The notes beneath the pieces were generated by a model. It was not told where the DNA came from. It saw only the letters and a program-made list of their open reading frames with translations, and searched no databases. DNA of 64,000 bases from Candidatus Eiseniibacteriota bacterium (GTDB lineage: Bacteria > Eisenbacteria > RBG-16-71-46 > JABDJR01): assembly GCA_963783375.1 (NCBI GenBank), contig CAWANH010000028.1, positions 224,001 to 288,000 of the forward strand, given 5' to 3'. The translations under genes were made by a program, and so were the position numbers. Positions 46,657-56,333 of the stretch are shown here, piece after piece. Numbering within the stretch: position 1 is the first letter of the stretch; every line of letters starts with the position of its first letter.

Positions 46657-48144
46657 GTGCGCCTGTCTTTCCCCCATGGTCCGTCATTGGGCCTCCACCC
46701 CCGATCCCGGCTCCGAACCACCCTGGTCCTGACCGCCCTCCTGCTTCCCGGTCTGGCCCCCCGGGTCCACGGGGCCGAGACCCCGCCCCCCGGCTACTAC
46801 CTCCGGGACTTCGCCGCCGTGGCCACCCCCACCGCGATGGCCTTCGGGCCCGACGGCTGGCTCTACTGCACCACCGTCAACGGCCGGGTCTACGCGTTCC
46901 GGGACGCGGACGGGGACGGCGTGGCCGACTCCACCGCCCTCTTCGCCCAGAACCTGGTTCGTCCCCTGGGGGTGGCGCCTCACGGTGGGGCGATCTACGT
47001 TTCTTCCCTTGGACGGGTGGCTCGATACTGGGATCTGGACGGGGACCACGTGGCCGACCTCGCCGATACCCTGATCACCGGGCTCCCCTTCGGCGCGCAC
47101 CAGAACAGCGGCATCGCCTTCGGTCCCGACGGAAACCTGTACGTCACGGTAGGGACGACGACCAGCACCGGGATCCAGACCCATCCCTGGGCCGGCACCA
47201 TTCTCCGGTTCACCGCCGACGGGACCTTCGATGAGATCTTCGCCGGGGGATTCCGGAACCCCTACGATCTGGCCTTCAACAATCAGGATGAACTCTTCGC
47301 CACCGACAATTCCCCGAGCGGCGACAGCACCTGGACCTGCTACGAGGCTCCCGATGAGCTGAACTGGATCCAGCGAGGCGCCAACTACGGGTTCCCCTAT
47401 TGTTTTGGATCGGGAGACTGCATCGATTTCGGGAGCGCCTGCGTCAGCCCGCCCTGCGGGGCCGGGGATTGCGAGTGGGGACAGGGATGCAAGAACTGGA
47501 TGACCGAGCCGATCTGGCTCCTCGATCCCCACTCCTCTTCCGACGGACTCTGCTTCGGCGACGGCTTCGCCGGCTTCGGCTCCACCGACCTGTTCGTGGC
47601 CCAGTGGGGCCAGGACGAACCGGTTGCGGGCTGCAATTTTCTGACCGGACGCCGGGTGGTCCACATCACCGTCCGTCGGCGGGGCCAGAAGTGGGTCGCC
47701 GAGAACGAGGAAGACTTCGTGACCGGCCTGCGCTCCCCCCTCGCCGTCCGGGTGGGACCGGACAGCTCGCTCTACATCGCCGACTTCTACGACGGAAAGA
47801 TCGTCCGCCTGGCCAGGACCGGGGTGACCGGAGTGGGGGGTGGGACCGGCCTGGGCGGAACACGGGCCCGGCTGGCCTTCCGGGCTGATCCGAATCCCGC
47901 CCGGGGCCCCGTCACCCTTCACTGGACGGCGCTCCCCCCCGAGGGCACGGTGACTCTGGAGGTGTTCGACGTGACGGGCAGGAAGGTGGCCGATCTCGGT
48001 TCCTTCCGGCGGCCCGATTCCTTGCCCGACGTGCGATGGAGCCTCCGGGACGACTCCGGCCGCCGGGTCCCCGCCGGCCTGTACATGGTTCGGGCTCGAA
48101 GCGGGAGCACCACCGCTCTGGGCAAGGTGCTGGTGCTTCCCTGA
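46657..48144 (+). CDS. PQQ-dependent sugar/sorbosone dehydrogenase-like beta-propeller with FlgD-Ig/T9SS-like tail
   Basis: AFGPDG repeats, HQNSG, GFRNPYD, DELNWI, NYGFP, LYIAD; tail TGV...PNP...VFDVTGRKV...GLYMVR. Confidence 0.85.
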   Translation: MRLSFPHGPSLGLHPRSRLRTTLVLTALLLPGLAPRVHGAETPPPGYYLRDFAAVATPTAMAFGPDGWLYCTTVNGRVYAFRDADGDGVADSTALFAQNLVRPLGVAPHGGAIYVSSLGRVARYWDLDGDHVADLADTLITGLPFGAHQNSGIAFGPDGNLYVTVGTTTSTGIQTHPWAGTILRFTADGTFDEIFAGGFRNPYDLAFNNQDELFATDNSPSGDSTWTCYEAPDELNWIQRGANYGFPYCFGSGDCIDFGSACVSPPCGAGDCEWGQGCKNWMTEPIWLLDPHSSSDGLCFGDGFAGFGSTDLFVAQWGQDEPVAGCNFLTGRRVVHITVRRRGQKWVAENEEDFVTGLRSPLAVRVGPDSSLYIADFYDGKIVRLARTGVTGVGGGTGLGGTRARLAFRADPNPARGPVTLHWTALPPEGTVTLEVFDVTGRKVADLGSFRRPDSLPDVRWSLRDDSGRRVPAGLYMVRARSGSTTALGKVLVLP

Positions 48145-48497
48145 CCTTCCGGGCGGAGCCCGGGAACACGCAGTTTAGCCCCCCTGTTCAAACACGACGT
48201 GGAGCCGCCGGCCAAGCCCCACGGATAGCCTCACAACCGACGGAAATTGTCGCCAATCCCGCCAGTTCTCCCTCCCACCGACCCTTCCCCGGTTCCTTCC
48301 CGTCACCGCCGGCAATTTATCCCGGCAAGCGGGGGCAATTTCCATAAGGGGAACGCATTGCGCTTGAGTCGGCCCCGCTGAAGGAGCACAATGAACGTGC
48401 GCCCGGGGGGGCTCATCTTCGGCGTACCTCCGGGTCCGCCGGCAACATTCTCAAGCATCGAGTGGCGCCTGCCGTGCGCCACCGGAGGGAGGCGCGC

Positions 48498-49190
48498 ATG
48501 TACAAAGCTACCAATCGGTTTGCCTCGACGCTGGGTCTTCTCCTTGTCCTCGTCCTGGTGTTCGCGGTTCCCCTCCCCGCCCTGGCCGCCTCGACCACGA
48601 TGGCGATCAGCCAGGTCTATGGGGGAGGCGGAAACTCCGGGGCGACCTACACCAACGACTTCATCGAGATCCACAACCTGAGCCTGGTGGCGGTGGACGT
48701 GACCGGATGGAGCGTCCAGTACGCCTCATCCACCGGGTCCACCTGGCAGGTGACACCGATCGCCGGCGTCATCCCCGCGGGGGCGTACTTCCTGGTCCAG
48801 GAAGCCCAGGGGTCCGGCGGAACCACCGCGCTTCCCACCCCGGATGCGACGGGTACCATCGCCATGTCCGGGACGAACGGCAAGGTGGCCCTGGTGAGCG
48901 CGGAGACCGCCCTGAGCGGCACCTGCCCCTCCGACGCTTCCATCGTGGATCTGGTGGGCTACGGATCGGCCAACTGCTTCGAGGGTCTGGGCGCCACCCC
49001 GGCGTTGAACAACACCACCGCCGACTTCCGCCTCGACTTCGGGTGCTTCGATTCCGACGACAATGCCTCGGATTTCTTCACCGGTCCCCCCGCTCCGCAG
49101 AACAGCGCGTCCCCCGTCAACCTCTGCACGCCCCCGGTCTCCGACCAGGAGTCCACCTGGGGCGGCGTGAAGACGCTCTATCGGGACTGA
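48498..49190 (+). CDS. Secreted lamin-tail-domain protein with C-terminal TWG motif
   Basis: GGAGG RBS; signal peptide; ISQVYGGGGNSGATYTNDFIEIHN; ends STWGGVKTLYRD. Confidence 0.85.
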   Translation: MYKATNRFASTLGLLLVLVLVFAVPLPALAASTTMAISQVYGGGGNSGATYTNDFIEIHNLSLVAVDVTGWSVQYASSTGSTWQVTPIAGVIPAGAYFLVQEAQGSGGTTALPTPDATGTIAMSGTNGKVALVSAETALSGTCPSDASIVDLVGYGSANCFEGLGATPALNNTTADFRLDFGCFDSDDNASDFFTGPPAPQNSASPVNLCTPPVSDQESTWGGVKTLYRD

Positions 49191-49234
49191 GTGACCGGCG
49201 CGATCCACCGAACCGGGCCGCGCCCGTACGAATC

Positions 49235-49270
49235 GGGGGCGGGGAGATGACTCCCCGCCCCCTTTCTTCT
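49235..49270 (+). terminator. Rho-independent terminator
   Basis: GGGGGCGGGGAG-atga-CTCCCCGCCCCC-TTTCTTCT. Confidence 0.7.
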
Positions 49271-49322
49271 CCCCCCGGCAAGCCCCCGGGGGGCGCGGGC
49301 GCAGTTCGCTTCGACGCCGCCG

Positions 49323-50024
49323 CTACGGGCCGCAGTGCGCCGGGGAACCGATCGCGAACTTGATGTAGGGGCCGAGTATGGTGGCGTCGGCCCCCGAGGT
49401 CCCGTCCCCATAGGGCGCGGTGAAATCGGTGCACGGGTCGGCTAGGCCGAGTCCCAGGTTGGGAGCATGATAGCTGGCGTCGGCCGCGCTCACCGAGGTG
49501 ACTCCGCCCACCTCGTTGCAGGTCCCGGTCTCCGTGCACAGCTTCCCGTCGGTATCGTTGACGACGTCCGGGGAATTCACGGCCGGTTCGGCCAGGATGA
49601 TGTTGTCGGCCCGGACCTGCACGATGTACGACTGCCCCTGGTAGGCGTTCCACTGGATACAGCCGCCGCCCGCGATGTGGAAACCCACCTCGCCGTTCGC
49701 ATCCGTCACCCCGGTGTATTCCCGGTAGGGCTCGGCCGCGGTCTCCAGGTGGGACGGCGCGTCCCCGAAGCCGTCCGACCAGGCGATGAGATGGGTGGCG
49801 TCGGGAGAGAACGTGACCACGACCGTCGCACCAGGCACCGGGTACCCCTCCCCGCTGATCTGGGCCGCGAACTCGAAGGCGCCGTCCGGGGTGATGGTCA
49901 CCTGATCGGGAATGTTCGACTGGTTCGGGTCGGGGATCGGCCCGGCCAGGCCGGGGACCGCCCCGGTGGCCAGAGTTCCGAGCAGGACGGTACCGCAAAG
50001 GGCGTGAGGACTCCAACGTGGCAT
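49323..50024 (-). CDS. Secreted Cys-containing hypothetical protein (Ig-like plus dockerin/EF-hand-like segments)
   Basis: GGAGGT RBS; signal peptide; PDPNQS, TDANG, GGGC, NSPD, CTDF...D motifs; ends HCGP. Confidence 0.7.
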   Translation of the reverse strand: MPRWSPHALCGTVLLGTLATGAVPGLAGPIPDPNQSNIPDQVTITPDGAFEFAAQISGEGYPVPGATVVVTFSPDATHLIAWSDGFGDAPSHLETAAEPYREYTGVTDANGEVGFHIAGGGCIQWNAYQGQSYIVQVRADNIILAEPAVNSPDVVNDTDGKLCTETGTCNEVGGVTSVSAADASYHAPNLGLGLADPCTDFTAPYGDGTSGADATILGPYIKFAIGSPAHCGP

Positions 50025-50189
50025 GGGGATACCTCCCGAAGATGTCAGGCTACTGAATCGCGCGGCCGGCCATCGGGTACACTCCCCGTACCAGGAGCAT
50101 ATCGCGATTTTCCCCCTCCCCCACGCCGGAATCGGCCCGGGCGGAGGGTTGAGGCGATCCGAAGCCGTTCCGGCCGGCCCCGGAAGGGT

Positions 50190-50813
50190 TCAGTATCGCG
50201 CGAGGCGGCCCCGGATCCACTTGAAGGGCAAGAACATGGAGACCCGGCGCCGGTAGGCCCGGTAGGGCTCGCCGAATTCCCGCACGAGCTTCCGTTCCTC
50301 CAGGAACGCTCCCGCGACCAGGTAGACGGAGAGCACCCCCGCGGTGATCAGCCCGGGAGCGGTCTTGGGGCCGGCGGCCAGGAACAGCACGCCCCCGGTA
50401 TACCAGGGGTGGCGGATCGCGCCGAGAATCCCCTTCCGGGAGAGCCCTCCCGAGGCCCCGAGCCCCGGGCCGCTCCGCCCGGCGCGAAGCTGGCGGAGTC
50501 CCAGGAAGGTCGCGGTGTCGTATACCTTCGCCCCCGCCCAGAAGAGGTAGAGCGATGCGGGAAGAAGGATCGCGGTGACCGGGACCCACCCACCCCACCA
50601 ATCGAACACCACCGGGCCGTCCAGGGAACGCGCGAACAGGAAGACGGCGAGAAAGGTCGCGGCGGCGAGCAGGTTGTACCCCAGGCGGTAGAACCGCGCG
50701 CGGGGTCCGAGGCCGGCGGTGATCCGGTCGCGCACCCCGAGGGCGATGAGCCCGCTGTGGAGAGCGCACCAGGCGACCCAGGCCAGGGCGAGAATCCAGA
50801 GCCCTCCGGTCAT
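50190..50813 (-). CDS. Isoprenylcysteine carboxyl methyltransferase / NnrU-like membrane protein
   Basis: HS motif, YRLGYN, IRHPWY, EERKL...FG..YRAY. Confidence 0.85.
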   Translation of the reverse strand: MTGGLWILALAWVAWCALHSGLIALGVRDRITAGLGPRARFYRLGYNLLAAATFLAVFLFARSLDGPVVFDWWGGWVPVTAILLPASLYLFWAGAKVYDTATFLGLRQLRAGRSGPGLGASGGLSRKGILGAIRHPWYTGGVLFLAAGPKTAPGLITAGVLSVYLVAGAFLEERKLVREFGEPYRAYRRRVSMFLPFKWIRGRLARY

Positions 50814-50865
50814 GAGCGCGGAGCGCCCCGGCGCCCCGGTTCACCGCCGCCGCCCGAAGGCCGGT

Positions 50866-53033
50866 TCAACGCGGGTAGAATCCGGCGGCGCGCTTCCGGA
50901 GGGCCTCGGAGGGAGCAAGCCGGGGCCCGACCGATCCGGCCAGAGCCTCCAGGCGGTCGACGATCGCCCCCACCCCGCGACGATCCGCGTAGCGGAGGAG
51001 ACCGCCCCGGAAGGGCGGGAACCCGGTTCCCATGACCATGCCGAGGTCCACGTCCAGGGGGCGCGAGGCGATCCCCTCTTCCAGGCACCGGGCGGCCTCG
51101 TTCACCATGGGGAGCACCAGCCGGTCCACCACGTCCTCGGGGGTGAACTCGCGAAGCGTCGGGTTTCCCGCCGCCTGCCGGGCTTCGGGGGAGGGCTCCC
51201 CCTTCCGGCCCGCGGCATAGACGTAGAACCCGCGCCCGGACTTCTTCCCGAAGTGCTTCCCGGCGGTGAGCCGCCCCAGGGTGGCCTCGGGGGGAGACGG
51301 TCCCCGAAGGCCGATTCCAATACGTGAGTGACTTTTTCCGCGACGTCGAGACCGATCTGGTCGAGCAACGCGTAGGGTCCCACCGGCATCCCGAAGTCCG
51401 CCAGCAGGCGGTCCACCCGGACCGGGTCGGCCCCGCTTTCCAGCAGATGGAGCGACTCGCCCAGGTAGAACGCGAGGAGACGGTTGACCAGGAAACCGGG
51501 ACCGTCCTGGACCAGGATGGGGGTTTTCCCGAGATCCAGGGCCAGCCGGTAGGCCGCGGCCACCGCCCGCTCCGAGCTCCGCGGACCGGCCACCACCTCC
51601 ACCAGGGGCATCCGGTCCACCGGGTTGAAGAAGTGGAGCCCCACGATCCGCTCGGGACGGCGGGCGCCCTCCGCGATGTCGGCGATCCGGAGGGAGGAGG
51701 TGTTGGAGGCGATGACCGCGTCGTCGCGCATCGCGGCCTCCATCTCCGCCACCACCTTGCGCTTCACCTCCAGGTTCTCCACCACCGCCTCGACCGCCGC
51801 GTCCACCAGGTTGAAGCCGGTGTAGTCGAGGGTGAAGGAGAGCTTCTCCACCCGGCGGTCGCGCTCGTTCCGGGTGATCCGCCGGCGGCGCGCGCTCTTC
51901 GCCCAGAGGGTCCCCGCGGTGTGCACAGCGCTTTCCAGGGCTTCGGGGGCGATGTCCTTGATCCGGATGGGGAGCCCGCGCTCCCCGGCCAACCAGGCGA
52001 TCCCGCCCCCCATCACCCCCGCGCCGACCACCGCCAGCCGCGAGGCCCTCGCGGCCCCGGCCAGGTCCAACCCCACCGGGGTCTTGGCCTCGGAGGAGAC
52101 CTCGAACAGCCAGCAGAGATTCTTGGAGGTTTCGGTGACGATGGCTTCGCCGAGAAGCCGGGCTTCGTTCCCGTAGGCCGTGGTCTCCCCCATGGAGAAC
52201 CCGCCCACGATCGCCTCCAGGGCGGAGAACGGCGCCGGATAGTGGTCGGGGCGGATGTTTCGGGCCACCGCGCCCCGCGCCTTCCCCGCGATGAAGTTGC
52301 GGATGAAGGGAACCCCGGCCAGGAGACGGTCGGTGCGATCGGGCCGGTGGGGCGTCACCCGGCGGGACCCGGTGAGGATCTCGCGGGCCACCCGGCGTCC
52401 CATCCCCGGGGGGACCAGGGCGTCCACCAGCCCGCGCCGGAACGCGGGCCTGGCGGGGAGGGTCTTTCCGGCCAGGATCAGGTCGAAGGCGGTCCGGATC
52501 CCCACCCGGCGCGGGAGGCGCTGGGTTCCCCCGAAGCCCGGAATGATGCCCAGCTTCACCTCGGGGAGCCCGATCTTCACCGCGTCCCGATTCTCGGCCA
52601 CCCGGTAGCGGCAGGCCAGGGCCAGCTCGAACCCGCCCCCCAGACAGGACCCGGCGATGACCGCGGCGGTGGGTTTGGGGAACCGGGCGATCGCCTCCAT
52701 CACCGCCTGGCCGTAGGCCGACTTGTTCTGGCCGATCCGGGGATCGGTCACCCCGGCGATCTCCTTCACGTCGGCCCCGGCGATGAAGTTGTCCGGCTTC
52801 TCGCTGACGAAGGCCAGGGCCGTCACCCCCCGCCGTTGAGCCTCGTCGAGCAGATCCCGGAGCGCCTCCATGAGCGGGGTGGTGAGCTTGTTCACCTTCT
52901 CCCCGGGGAGGTCGAACAGGATCCAGCCGATGCCGTCGGGGTCCACCTCCAGGCGGACCCCGCGCGCGGCGGTGTCCGGGGCGGGCCGCGAGGGACCCTC
53001 GAAGTCCAGGCTGGTCTGGGGTTTCTCGTTCAT
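50866..53033 (-). pseudogene. fadJ: Fatty acid oxidation complex alpha subunit (enoyl-CoA hydratase/3-hydroxyacyl-CoA dehydrogenase), frameshifted as sequenced at ~51290
   Basis: [39 protein letters not shown]. Homology switches frame at a C6 run; one extra C restores ...GKKSGRGFY...GTGFPPFRGG. Confidence 0.85.
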
Positions 53034-54322
53034 GCCCGCTCCAGGACCACGGCGCCCCCCTGGCCGCCGCCGATGCAAAGGGTGACCAGTCCCAGCGCCG
53101 CCGCCCGTCGCCGCATCTCGTAGAGCAGCGTCAACACCAACCGCGCCCCCGTGGCTCCCACCGGGTGCCCGAGCGCGATAGCCCCTCCGTTCACGTTCAG
53201 GATCCCGCGGTCGATCTCCCCCACCGCGCGCATGAGCCCCAGCTCTTCCCGGGCGAAGGCGTCCGAGGCGAAGGCGGTCTCGTTGGCGATGACCTGGGCC
53301 GCGAACGCCTCGTTCATCTCGATGAGCTCGACGTCCTTCCACGACACCCCGGCCGCGTCCAGAGCCTTGGGAGTGGAGAAGACCGGCCCGAGCCCCATGC
53401 GGGAGGGTGCGAGCCCGGCGAACTCGACGGAGCGGACCCAACCCAGCACCGGCAGCCGGCGCTCGGTGACCGCCTTCTCCGAGGCCATGACCAGGGCCGC
53501 CGCCCCGTCGGTGATCTGGCTGGAGTTCCCCGCGGTCACGCTCCCGTAGCGCCGGTCGAAGACGGTGGGAAGCTTGGCCAGGGCCTCCATGGATTGCTCG
53601 TGCCGGATGCCCACGTCCCGGACGGCGAAGCGGTCGTAGTCGGGGGGGAGCGGAACCGGGACGATCTCCTCGGCCAGCCGGCCCGCCGCCTGGGCCGCCG
53701 CCGCCCGCTGGTGGCTCTGGAGCGCGAGCTCGTCCTGGGCCTTCCGCGACACCTGGAACTCCCGGGCCAGAACCTCGGCGGTCTCTCCCATGTTGAGACC
53801 GCAGTAGTTGTCGGTCAGCCCCACCGCCAGGCCGATCAGCGGCGAGAAGTCGGCGGGGCGAAACGACGCGAAGGCGGCGAGACGGGCGGGGAGCGTCCGG
53901 GCCCGCATGACGCGCTCGAACTTGGCCTTGGCCCCCGGCCGGAAGAAGAGCGGGATCTGGGACATGGACTCGGTCCCGCCCACCGCGATCAGGTCGGCCC
54001 GGCCGAGCCGGATCCGGTGCATGGCGTCGGCCACCGCCTGGAGACCCGAGCCGCAGTTCCGGTTCACGGTATAGGCGGAAGTCGAAAGCGGACAGCCGGC
54101 CCGGAGCGCGATGACCCGGGAGATGTTGGTGGCCTCGGCCGGCTGGGCGATGTTCCCGAAGATGACTTCCTGGACGTCCCCCGGAGCGGTGCCCGCCCGC
54201 TCCAATGCCTCGCGCAGAGCCACCCGCCCCAGCTCGTAAGCGGGAACGCGCTTCTGGTCCGCACCCATCTTGGTGAAGGGGGTCCGGGCTCCGGCGACGA
54301 CGGCGACGCGTGGTGTGATCAT
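53030..54322 (-). CDS. fadI: Acetyl-CoA C-acyltransferase (3-ketoacyl-CoA thiolase)
   Basis: RTPF, NRNCGSG, MGETAE, NEAFAAQ, GHPVGATG, CIGGGQG; stop overlaps the fadJ start. Confidence 0.93.
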   Translation of the reverse strand: MITPRVAVVAGARTPFTKMGADQKRVPAYELGRVALREALERAGTAPGDVQEVIFGNIAQPAEATNISRVIALRAGCPLSTSAYTVNRNCGSGLQAVADAMHRIRLGRADLIAVGGTESMSQIPLFFRPGAKAKFERVMRARTLPARLAAFASFRPADFSPLIGLAVGLTDNYCGLNMGETAEVLAREFQVSRKAQDELALQSHQRAAAAQAAGRLAEEIVPVPLPPDYDRFAVRDVGIRHEQSMEALAKLPTVFDRRYGSVTAGNSSQITDGAAALVMASEKAVTERRLPVLGWVRSVEFAGLAPSRMGLGPVFSTPKALDAAGVSWKDVELIEMNEAFAAQVIANETAFASDAFAREELGLMRAVGEIDRGILNVNGGAIALGHPVGATGARLVLTLLYEMRRRAAALGLVTLCIGGGQGGAVVLERA

Positions 54323-54442
54323 GGCGCTATCGATTGTGCCCGGTCGGACGGATTTTCGCCAGGGGCACGCTCGGGGCGCGCACGGAGGCCGGACGTCATT
54401 CACGATCGGGGGAGTCCGCTTCCCGACCCTTGACCTAGGCGA

Positions 54443-54886
54443 CTAGTAGTGGGCCTTCAGGAGCCCCCAGGTGACCGGCACCACCGGGGTGGTGGACGTC
54501 ACGGTGAAGCCGAGCGCCACGGTGTCGGGAGGCGTGACGATGTCCCCCCGGGCGTCGAAGCCGGTCAGGACGCCGACGAGCTCGTAGTGTCCGGGAGGGA
54601 GGGGGCCCACCCCGCAGGCCTCGTCCACCCGGCGGGCGGGGAGGAGGCAGGGCTCGTCCCGGCGGATGAGATCCACCGAGATCGTGCCGGTGGTGTCGCT
54701 CACGCCGCAGGAGACTCCCTGCACGTCCCAGCAGGTCCCGGGAAGTTCGGTGCTCAGCACGAACCCGATCGAATCCCCGGCCGCCGGATCCGGCGGCGTG
54801 ACCTGAAGCAGGAACGGGGGAATGTCGGCCGACGCCGTCGCGGCCAGGGATCCGAGCAGGAACAACGCGAGGATAGTCGATTTCAT
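54443..54886 (-). CDS. Small secreted protein with C-terminal TWG motif
   Basis: Signal MKSTILALFLLGSLAATASA; four Cys; LPPGHY; ends PVVPVTWGLLKAHY. Confidence 0.75.
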   Translation of the reverse strand: MKSTILALFLLGSLAATASADIPPFLLQVTPPDPAAGDSIGFVLSTELPGTCWDVQGVSCGVSDTTGTISVDLIRRDEPCLLPARRVDEACGVGPLPPGHYELVGVLTGFDARGDIVTPPDTVALGFTVTSTTPVVPVTWGLLKAHY

Positions 54887-55097
54887 TTCCGCCTCTTAAG
54901 CCGGTCCGTCCGGTCCGGGAGAGACCGGGCGGGCCATGATTGATCGCGAGATGTAATGTGCGGTGAGGCCGCCTTCTTCACTACCCCGTGCGGGTCCCCC
55001 GCCTTCCCGGTCGGGCGTCAAGACCTCGGTGAAAGCGGGCGGCAAACGCCGGGGACGGGCCGGGGAGCGGGAAGCACCGGCGCGGTCGAATTGGCGA

Positions 55098-56324
55098 TCA
55101 GGAGGTGGGAGCGGCGTACCGCGCGGCCACGTAGTCGTCGAGCAGGGCCAGGAAATCCAGAACCAGGCCGTCCCCCCGGAGCGTCGCGTGGAGCCGGCCG
55201 TCGACGTAGACCGGGGCCTTGGGATCCTCGCCGGACCCGGGCAGCGAGATCCCGATGTCGGCGTGCTTGGACTCGCCGGGACCGTTCACCACGCAGCCCA
55301 TCACCGCCACCTTGAGCTCGCCGATCCCGGGATACGTCTTTCGCCATTCCGTCATGCGGCTCCGGATGTGCCCCTGGATCTCCTCGGCCAGCTCCTGGAA
55401 GAAGGTGCTGGTGGTCCGCCCGCAACCCGGACAGGCGCTAACCTGGGGAGAGAAGTGGCGGAGTCCCAGGGACTGGAGGATTTGCTGGGCGATCCGGACC
55501 TCTTCGGTGCGATCGCCTCCCGGCCGCGGGGTAAGGCTCACCCGGATGGTGTCCCCGATCCCCTCCTGGAGCAGCACGCTCAGGGCGGCGGTGGAGGCCA
55601 CCGTTCCCTTCATCCCCATCCCGGCCTCGGTGAGACCGAGGTGAAGGGGGTAATCGCACCGCGCGGCCAGCTCCCGGTAGACGTCGATCAGGTCCTGAAC
55701 CCCCGAGGTCTTGGCGGAGAGGGTGATCCGGTCGTGGGGGAGCCCGTACTCCTCGGCCAGCTCCGCCGAGCCCACCGCGCTCTGGACCAGGGCCTCGACG
55801 ATGACCCGGCGATCGTCGCGGGGCCGGTCCAGGGCCGCGTTCGCGTCCATCAACCGGGTGAGGAGCGACTGGTCCAGCGAGCCCCAGTTGACCCCGATCC
55901 GCACCGGCTTCCCGTGCTCCGCCGCGACCTCGATCATCCGCCGGAAGTTGGCGTCGTGATGGCGCCCCTGCCCGACGTTCCCCGGGTTGATGCGGTACTT
56001 GTCCAGGGTCCGGGCGCAATCGGGATGCTCGACCAGGAGCAGGTGGCCGTTGTAGTGGAAGTCCCCGATCAGGGGAACCGCTACCCCGAGGTCCTCCAGC
56101 CGCCGGCGGATCTCCGGCACCGCCCCGGCGGCGGCCCGGGTGTTGACGGTGATCCGCACCAGCTCGCTCCCCGCCTGGGCCAGCTCCGCCGTCTGGGCGG
56201 CGGTGGACGCGGCATCCTCGGTGTCGGTGTTGGTCATGGACTGGACCACAACCGGATGGGCGGAGCCCAGGGGAACTCCGCCCACCACACAGGTCACCGT
56301 CTCTCGACGTACGATCTCAGCCAT
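55098..56324 (-). CDS. ispG: (E)-4-hydroxy-3-methylbut-2-enyl-diphosphate synthase
   Basis: [56 protein letters not shown]. Confidence 0.96.
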   Translation of the reverse strand: MAEIVRRETVTCVVGGVPLGSAHPVVVQSMTNTDTEDAASTAAQTAELAQAGSELVRITVNTRAAAGAVPEIRRRLEDLGVAVPLIGDFHYNGHLLLVEHPDCARTLDKYRINPGNVGQGRHHDANFRRMIEVAAEHGKPVRIGVNWGSLDQSLLTRLMDANAALDRPRDDRRVIVEALVQSAVGSAELAEEYGLPHDRITLSAKTSGVQDLIDVYRELAARCDYPLHLGLTEAGMGMKGTVASTAALSVLLQEGIGDTIRVSLTPRPGGDRTEEVRIAQQILQSLGLRHFSPQVSACPGCGRTTSTFFQELAEEIQGHIRSRMTEWRKTYPGIGELKVAVMGCVVNGPGESKHADIGISLPGSGEDPKAPVYVDGRLHATLRGDGLVLDFLALLDDYVAARYAAPTS

Positions 56325-56333
56325 GGGTTCGCT

